A stretch of DNA of 62,551 nucleotides, filler included. It is 18 parts of 18 records of this genome, joined end to end, with 100 filler letters (N's around TTAATTAATTAA, not from the genome) between each part and the next. Parts side by side here need not be neighbours in the genome. Positions count along the whole stretch, not along the records: positions 55,252 to 57,656 come from SRR16133337_67059; positions 57,757 to 60,279 come from SRR16133337_67206; positions 60,380 to 62,551 come from SRR16133337_67234; 15 more parts are not named here. The stretch is one strand, 5' to 3'. Shown here one piece after another: positions 55,546 through 62,551 of this stretch. Under the pieces are notes generated by a model. The model was given only the letters and a program-made list of their open reading frames with translations, did no database searches and had not been told where the DNA came from. The first letter of the stretch is position 1. Each line of letters opens with the position of its first letter. The translations under genes and the position numbers were made by a program.

Positions 55546-57606
55546 GCAGGAAGGTAAGGTGAATTCACTTATCCGTTCAATCGATGAAATCCGTGAAATA
55601 TTGAGAAAACAAGGTCAACTTCCCAACAATGGAGAAGGTGAGGATATGAGTCATCACTATCATGTGACTGTACGTGTTGACAAATGAGTGATTTCTTTTT
55701 TATTTTCTTTGTTTCTGTTTTTGTTTGTAGAGCTTGATACGTTCCAGAAGAAAGTTTTGCCGGATGATCAAAAACCTTGTAATCATTGGGAGAGGTTTGG
55801 AGAAGCTCATTCTGGTGTAAGTATTTTCGTAATAGACAAGAAGCTTTCCTAGGAAGAATGATTGTTTTTTTCTTTTTTCCCATTTTTGTATTTCTGTGTG
55901 TTGTTTTAATTTCTTTGAACCAAAATAGTCAGGTGTGGATTATTTTTTAATGCTGTGTTAGCAAATGTCATATCAACGCTCGACCGCGATACTTTGCAGA
56001 GAATGTATTTTGGAGATCCGAGAATTTTTAAGTACGCATTACAAGAAGCAACCTAGGGTAGACTGTGTGATGATTGCTGCGGGCATAGAATCTGACGAGT
56101 CATCAATTTGGCATGTTGCAAAAGTATGTTGTGTTCTTAACTTTCGTTGTGTTCTTAACTTCCGTATTTGATACTTTTGTTTGGAATATCATTTTGTTAT
56201 TTTGTGAATATGAATATGTGAAAAGTACAAAAAATATATGAAGTACCATCGCCAGGCAATACTGAAATGTTTCTTGGTATATTATTTATATTTCTTATTA
56301 TTTATATTTCTTATTTAGGACTCGCTCAAAAACATTGTTTGCACAGCACAATTCGTGAAATCTGAAGATTCTGAGTCCTATGAAGTCACATGTGTATGCA
56401 CACATAGAAGCTACCGCCGCAAAGGCCTTGCTATGGACTTGTTGAATTTGGCACAGTCGGATCTCAAACTCGATTTTGTTCTTAGTGTTGAAGGCGGGGC
56501 GGAACGTTTTTACGACTCCACTCTATGGACAACACCATGGAAAGTGACAGATGGAGACAAAAGGAGGATGAAGAAATACGTATGTATACGGGTAATTTTT
56601 AATTGTTGTGTAATATTTTTAAATGTGTTTTGAACCGAGAAAGTAATAAGACGGTGTGGGAATCAATATAAAATGTTGGTGTATCTGTGATAAATAAAAT
56701 ATAGGGAAAGTAGAACATAATATAACCGGCAAAAATTCTGTCTTACACTTTGGTAATGTGAAATAATGTGAAAAACTGGCCATATTTTAAACGGCTGAAG
56801 CATCCGAATCCAGAAATAAAATGTTTTTTGTGTATCTTTGTCTTTGTTTATAGATTGCCGAAGAAATGGATACTGAAACACTGAAAATGTTAAGCCACGT
56901 AAGTAAGAATAAATAGACTTTTCCCGAAATTTATTTTTTTAAAAAAATGTTAAAATAAGAGTTTTTTGATCTGGGTGCTGCGAATGCGTAGGAAGAAATG
57001 AAGAAGAGTTATGGGGATCACAAGTTTGAAAAATGGACGACAACTGAAGTTTTTAGAATGGAGAATTATATGGAATACATTCCAACTTTACATCTCGATT
57101 CATCAAGTGGAGTATTATGTGTGGTACACGACGATTCAAAATTAAAAGAAATCCAGCGGAAATTTAAATGGACTTGCAAGACAAGTAAATTAGCCGGAGC
57201 AGGCAAAGGAGTTTTTTCTCTTTTGGATTTTCCAATCTGTGGCGAGGAGGAATCACATTTGCGATTTTTAATTCCCTTAACTGGAACCGTTTGGTTTGTA
57301 ACAAAGAATGAGGAGTATGATTCAAAATTTGGAATTCTTTTAAGACATATATTGTGTAAGGATCCAAACGGTTTGTTACCTCCGAGTTGTAGAAATAATG
57401 GAGATTTTAACCATATTAGGAAAGTAGCGATAAAGATGAATGGTGCATGTGCACTCGTAAATTCCATTAGTGAAAAACAAGAGAGAGACAAACAACAGTT
57501 GTGTATTGATTGTGCGGGTTGGATGAGAGTTGTGAAGGAGATTTCTGCTGGTGATGAACTATTAACTGAATATGTTGAATATTTCAAACGTCTAAAGGAA
57601 AAATAA
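55546..57606 (+). CDS. 5'-partial spliced gene encoding a GNAT acetyltransferase fused to a divergent SET domain
   Basis: Exons 55546-55637, 55731-55816, 55962-56123, 56319-56579, 56854-56898 and 56992-57606, all GT-AG and phase-compatible. GNAT: VCTHRSYRRKGLAMDLL...AERFY. SET: SKLAGAGKGVFS...LVNS...KEISAGDELLTEY. Confidence 0.7.
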
Positions 57607-58480
57607 ATATTATTTTTCATTCTTTCTTTTACATGTGTTGTGATAATTTTTTTTTTNNNNNNNNNNNNNNNNNNNNNNNNNNNNNNNNNNNNNNNNNNNN
57701 TTAATTAATTAANNNNNNNNNNNNNNNNNNNNNNNNNNNNNNNNNNNNNNNNNNNNTATATGCACCACATCACAAATTTACACTTCGTTATGGGGCAAAA
57801 TTGTGACACATATGCCACTTCACAAAAAAATAAATTTACACTGTTGTAAGGATCTGCGTCTTGACACAGTTGCCAAAGTTCTATGAAAAACATCGATATC
57901 ATTTCAAGAAAATCACTGTGCCACAAATAAAAATTTTACAGACTTTTTGGGTGAATATGCAAAACTAATGATCCCTTCTTTGGTCCAAAATTTGATTATC
58001 GCCAATAGCGGAATGGATTTCGCAAATTGACGTACAAAATTGCCTCTTTTCAAGACACATTTTAATGGATGTTTCTCTGTAGTTTATTTTAATAGCTCAG
58101 AATGAGAAAACCATCGATCACAGTATTGGCCTGCAGGACTATTGTGGAAAACGAAATGGCGAAAAATAATTATTGTAAATACCTTCAAAATATTTTAATA
58201 AAAATGGCGTTTCATGAAAACCGCCTGAGGAAAAAAAAACAGCGTTTCAAATGAGTGTATTGATTTCTACGACAGAATTCGACGTCACTTTGATTGCAAT
58301 CACGTAATTTTTCGCATTCATTAGCCAATGTTTTTCAAAAGTGCAATTAACAAAAAGAAAGGCGAGGGACGAAAGGCGCTACATTTGTAGTGGAATCAGA
58401 AAATAAAGCTTCACAAGCACATTAAAATCACAACACCAAAATTAATAATATTACAACCGAGCAGAGAATTAAATGAATAC

Positions 58481-58591
58481 CTTGTGTTTCTTCAAGTTGT
58501 AGCCAAGAAACAAACATATGCAAACCAGAGTTACAAACAACAGCGAGTTTAATCCAACCAGTTCGTGGACGTTTGAAGAAGGAAATGCCAT
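58481..58591 (-). CDS. First exon of a membrane protein, possibly an intracellular Na+/H+ exchanger (NHE8/NHX-like)
   Basis: MAFPSSNVHELVGLNSLLFVTLVCICLFLGYNLKKHK followed by a GTATTC donor. Resembles NHE TM1. Confidence 0.4.
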
Positions 58592-58701
58592 AATCGATTG
58601 TTTTACTGCTGTATTTCTTCAAATAAACGTGTGCTTAAATCAGGGTTAGGTCGTTTGAAGAACACCGAATATTAAAAACTTCCGTATAGTGATCCCCAGC
58701 G

Positions 58702-59893
58702 ATGCCAACCTCTATAGGAATTCCAATCAAGCTTTTACAGTGAGTGTTTTCTTCACGGTGCAAGGACGGCGGAACACTTTCAAGGATAGCGGGTTAGGGA
58801 GTTCACCTGTCGAGCCCCAGACGAAGGTTACCTTGTGTTGTGAACGCTCTTCCAATCGATCATTTGCGCACTCACTTTCTTTCCTCTAAATAATCGCACA
58901 AACTTCACAACTGTAGCATTAGGACACTGGGCGCAATCATGAGCACGTCAAAGGCACAAGACGATGCTGGTTTGCCTTTGGCTGATTTTAGTGTGTGGGG
59001 TGGGTGGGTAAGCGGCGGGTATTGAGTTTTATGTTGCTTGTGTCATGAATTACAAAACTGCGTGTGTCTGCGGGAATGTTGTTATTTATGGATACACCGT
59101 AATCCCTTGGGCACAAATTTCTGTGTATTTTTTCTTATCTTATTCTGGAAGGCGCAGTATTTATAAGGTTAATACAAAATGCCACCTACAATGAAACACA
59201 CACCTACACGCGTGCGAAAGTGTGATTTTTCGTTCAACTTGTGATTTTAATGCGAGAGCGTCTTTTCATAAATCCACATTGTATCGTGCTCAACTGAAAC
59301 ATTTTCGTTTGGGAATTTGCATGTTTGAGTCAAGTTAATTTTTTCAGTTTTTCCCGTATTTTCAAACTTGACAGACTGAATTTGTGGCAAAATATTATTT
59401 TTTGCCATTTGTTTTAATGATAACAAGATTTTTCTTTCAAATTGAATATATTTACAAGTGTATTTGCTATTTCTGAATTGCCACAAAAGTGAACAGGCAA
59501 ACATAGTTACAACTCTTGCACGGCAATATTTTTTGCAAGATCTGGAACACCATCCCACGTACCAGATGATAGAAATTGTGACACTCCAAAAGTATTCGAT
59601 TCTAAGGTTTTGACAGAGCTACGTGTGTGTTTTTAGTGAAGCTGAAGGTCATATAATTACAGTTGAGCTCACAACAGGTGAACTTTTTCGTGGCCAGCTG
59701 AAAGCAGCAGAAGATTCCATGAACATTCAAATCCAAAATGTGACTCAAACATCGCGAGATGGTAGAATCGCAAAATTACAGCATGTTTATATTCGTGGAT
59801 CAAAAATAAGATTTATGATTCTCCCAGATATGCTCAAAAATGCGCCAATGTTCAAACGAATTGATCCGAAAAACAGGAACAAAACTGGACAAG
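58702..59893 (+). CDS. SNRPD3: Small nuclear ribonucleoprotein Sm D3 (exons 58702-58739 and 59637-59893; RG tail not seen)
   Basis: [18 protein letters not shown]...[23 protein letters not shown]. An 897-nt phase-2 GTGAGT...TTTTAG intron splits the His codon. Confidence 0.96.
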
Positions 59894-60483
59894 GTATGTT
59901 TCATACAGAAATTCGATTTTGGTAATTTTGGGACGCGTTGATTATAATTAACTTGTTTGTGGTTGGACGATTGTGGGTTTCCACCTCTTGGGGAATGAAC
60001 AACGCAATTAACAGTTTTTCATAACAAAGAAAAATATGACAAAACCCAACTCACAATTTCCTAAATCAAAATGCGGCACTTAATTTTTTGAAAAACATAT
60101 CGTCAAGTTTTAGGCGAGCTGCTAAATCGCTGGTATTCCCCTCCTTGGATGAAATACGTTCGATCACAAGTAGAAATTAATTTTTTTTTCATATGCCAAT
60201 TGGGAACAGAGTTTCTGGTTTATCGAAGTAGAGTTGTAATTGTAAATGTATTTTAAAATACTCGGAGCAGTTGCTACAGNNNNNNNNNNNNNNNNNNNNN
60301 NNNNNNNNNNNNNNNNNNNNNNNTTAATTAATTAANNNNNNNNNNNNNNNNNNNNNNNNNNNNNNNNNNNNNNNNNNNNGCCAATTAAGGTAACCAATAT
60401 ATACCAACATTTGGTTTTGGAAAACTTGTACAAGTTGAGATAAAATGTATTTTCATTAACAATTTTGTTTATTTTGTTGTTAG

Positions 60484-60698
60484 ATAAGACCGAGAAATCC
60501 AAACCGATAGGCCCTCAACCAAATGAGTTCACTTGTGCGATCTGTAATGTTACTATGACAAGTCGCGGAACTTATGTGAGCCACATCCAAGGGAAACGAC
60601 ATAAACGCAAATGCGATATGCTTAAATTGACGCCTACAGTCACAGGGATTTTCCAAGACATTGGAGATATGGCCAGAAAAAAGCAAAAAAAGGATTAA
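60484..60698 (+). CDS. Terminal exon with a matrin/U1-type C2H2 zinc finger
   Basis: FTCAICNVTMTSRGTYVSHIQGKRH after a ttgttAG acceptor. Confidence 0.8.
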
Positions 60699-61659
60699 GG
60701 GCAGCGTAAGGTAATGTTGGTGTGTAAAAATTATTTTGTAAATTTTTAAGTTATTGTAATTACATCCTAAAGTTTCAGAAATTGTTTTTACTTCATGTGT
60801 TTAAATTTGGCTGTGTCTGAACGCTTGTTGTATTTGGACAAGTCGCAAGACAACGCAAAACTTCAACAAACGAGTTTCAACTTGTTTGAAGATGAAAAAA
60901 CACTTGCACAGTGTTAAAAAAGAAAAACGATTTTGAAGACAAGGTTTTTGTAGACACAGAGACATCATCAGTGCTTTTGAAAAAATTGTTGGATTTGAAG
61001 TGCAAGTTATGTGCGTACTTCAAGTTGAACATCCATCTTCTTCCACCAAAATAATTCCCCCTTCTGAAAATTTGAAATGAACGAAGCGATATAAAAATCG
61101 CCGACCGAAATGTCAAGCGCATGCATGGAACAATTTATGCATCCAAATTTTTTGGGAGAATCTTTAAATCACTTGTTCGTGGTGAAAAGAAATAATTATT
61201 AAACATCTTGCTTTTTCCTCATTATTTCGGAGCTTGGTGTTTTTAAAAAGCAACTTGCGATGAACGAATTTCTTTGCAGAAAGATGATACATAAAATGTA
61301 TTTTGAATCTGTGGTTGACGTACATGCACATTTAAGTGCTGATATAAGCTTAAGGGCGTTTACCTTCAGTTGGATTTATATAGCACGTTTGTAAGTTTTT
61401 GTATAAACAACGCAGTTAAAAACATGTGGATGCGCACCATACTGTTTCACCCACGTTTTTAAATTCCCACCACATACAATGTTTTCACTTGTGAAAACCA
61501 AGACTGGAGAAAATCTGGATTTAATTATCAAGTTTTCACGGCGCTCTTCGCCATGACATATAATTTATTTACCACTTACACAAAAATGTAACAATTAAAA
61601 AGGATGCTTTGCTTGAAAAAATGTTTTTTTAATTACTTACAATTATTTTTTTACAATAT

Positions 61660-62201
61660 TTACAACGATGAATCATTTTCATTATCACCAACAAGACCCG
61701 AACTCTCATCAACAGGTGAATTATCTCCAGAACTCCCTTCACTCCCCACATCATCCAATGCGCTACCATCTCCGCCCACACTCGTCCCTTGCCTTACACT
61801 ATCACCATTCTCACTTACACCGCTTAAATCCGCGCTCATTGGCCTGTAAAAAACTTTCTCATGACCATCACTTTTTTCGTGAGTATCAACTTTCTCAACA
61901 TTGTGAGAGAGAGACGGCGCATCATTGATGTTAAATGTTGCTGCTGGAGCTTGTGGCAAAGGCTCCAGATAAAATTCGTTACCTCGGGTTGGCGCAAGTT
62001 CGCTGTGCTTTTCACTGGCAACCATTTCTTGTTTGTCACCAAAATTAAGTAGTGGAGTGGGTGATGCGAGATGGAAATCACTTTTCATGATTCTTATCGA
62101 CATTACGAGTGAAATAGCCATTAGAAACGCGATTACCCAAAATGCTGTTTCTGGGTAGGAGGCAGCCGTGCTCGAGTAGATTACGTAGATTATGGGTGAA
62201 A
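61660..62201 (-). CDS. Terminal exon of a probable MFS (SLC46-like) transporter with an acidic, disordered tail
   Basis: SPIIYVIYSSTAASYPETAFWVIAFLMAISLVM resembles MFS TM11-12. ttctttAG acceptor. Confidence 0.5.
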
Positions 62202-62551
62202 CTAAAGAACATGTGAACAAAGTTAAATGCAACCACATAATACAAGGTGTATAATTAAAATTAAGACTTTCATTCACTGTAAGGAGAGCCACGCATTGTG
62301 TGCGAATGTGATATGTCAAATGTATGAGTAATTATTTTTCCTTGGAACACACATCAAGGCTGTGAACAGCATTAGAAGAAAAAAATTATATTCAATATTC
62401 TGTTCACAACCCTTTTGGTTTGTTTTTAAATTTCTCGACAACAACACCACTGAATTGGTTAACAGTTCGGTTTGCAATTTTGGGTTTGTCAGCACCATAA
62501 TTGTATTTGCCAATTCATTTGGTTATCATTTTCAAAGTATTTCGCAAAAAA

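Noticed and set aside
56128..56316. Short tandem duplications (about 16-18 bp) in an intron of the GNAT-SET gene
   Set aside because: Ordinary slippage repeats in AT-rich intron sequence.
58844..58858. ACGCTCTTCC as a second adapter fragment
   Set aside because: Only 10 nt match before diverging, and it lies inside an intron; probably chance.
58740..59636. snoRNA hosted in the SmD3 intron
   Set aside because: No clear C/D box pair with terminal stem or H/ACA architecture by eye; needs an Infernal/snoscan run.

Overview
This window is not one locus. It is 18 short contigs joined by 17 identical 100-nt artificial linkers (44 N + TTAATTAATTAA + 44 N). Seven contigs (8288-11350, 11451-14173, 21804-28869, 28970-34795, 38031-43962, 44063-48545, 48646-52987; about 33 kb) are gene-dense Flavobacteriaceae-type (Bacteroidota) DNA. 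They carry RprX/RprY-like two-component genes, idi, rpsF-rpsR-rplI, a FecR/TonB-receptor locus, ftsK-lolA-lptF-ribB, DUF2723, rimP-nusA, maeB, parC and accessory repair or toxin-antitoxin genes. The other eleven look like an AT-rich eukaryote; most contain GT-AG spliced exons that the ORF track misses (SmD3, a UBC E2, PH, zinc-finger and MFS exons), and two (17074-19204, 53088-55151) are assigned only by composition. The main observations are: (1) a phase-consistent spliced gene fusing a GNAT acetyltransferase to a divergent SET domain; (2) a complete 10-exon gene resembling a degenerate PHD plus catalytically dead KDM4/5-type JmjC; (3) an intron-containing gene with a bacterial-type DIGAY beta-helix tail and a mucin-like stalk, a candidate HGT; (4) a non-palindromic 27-bp intergenic repeat in 8 copies in the bacterial contigs; (5) a TonB receptor locus with no SusD in the sequenced part. 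An Illumina adapter creates a false stop in idi. All domain calls come from reading motifs by eye, with no database searches.
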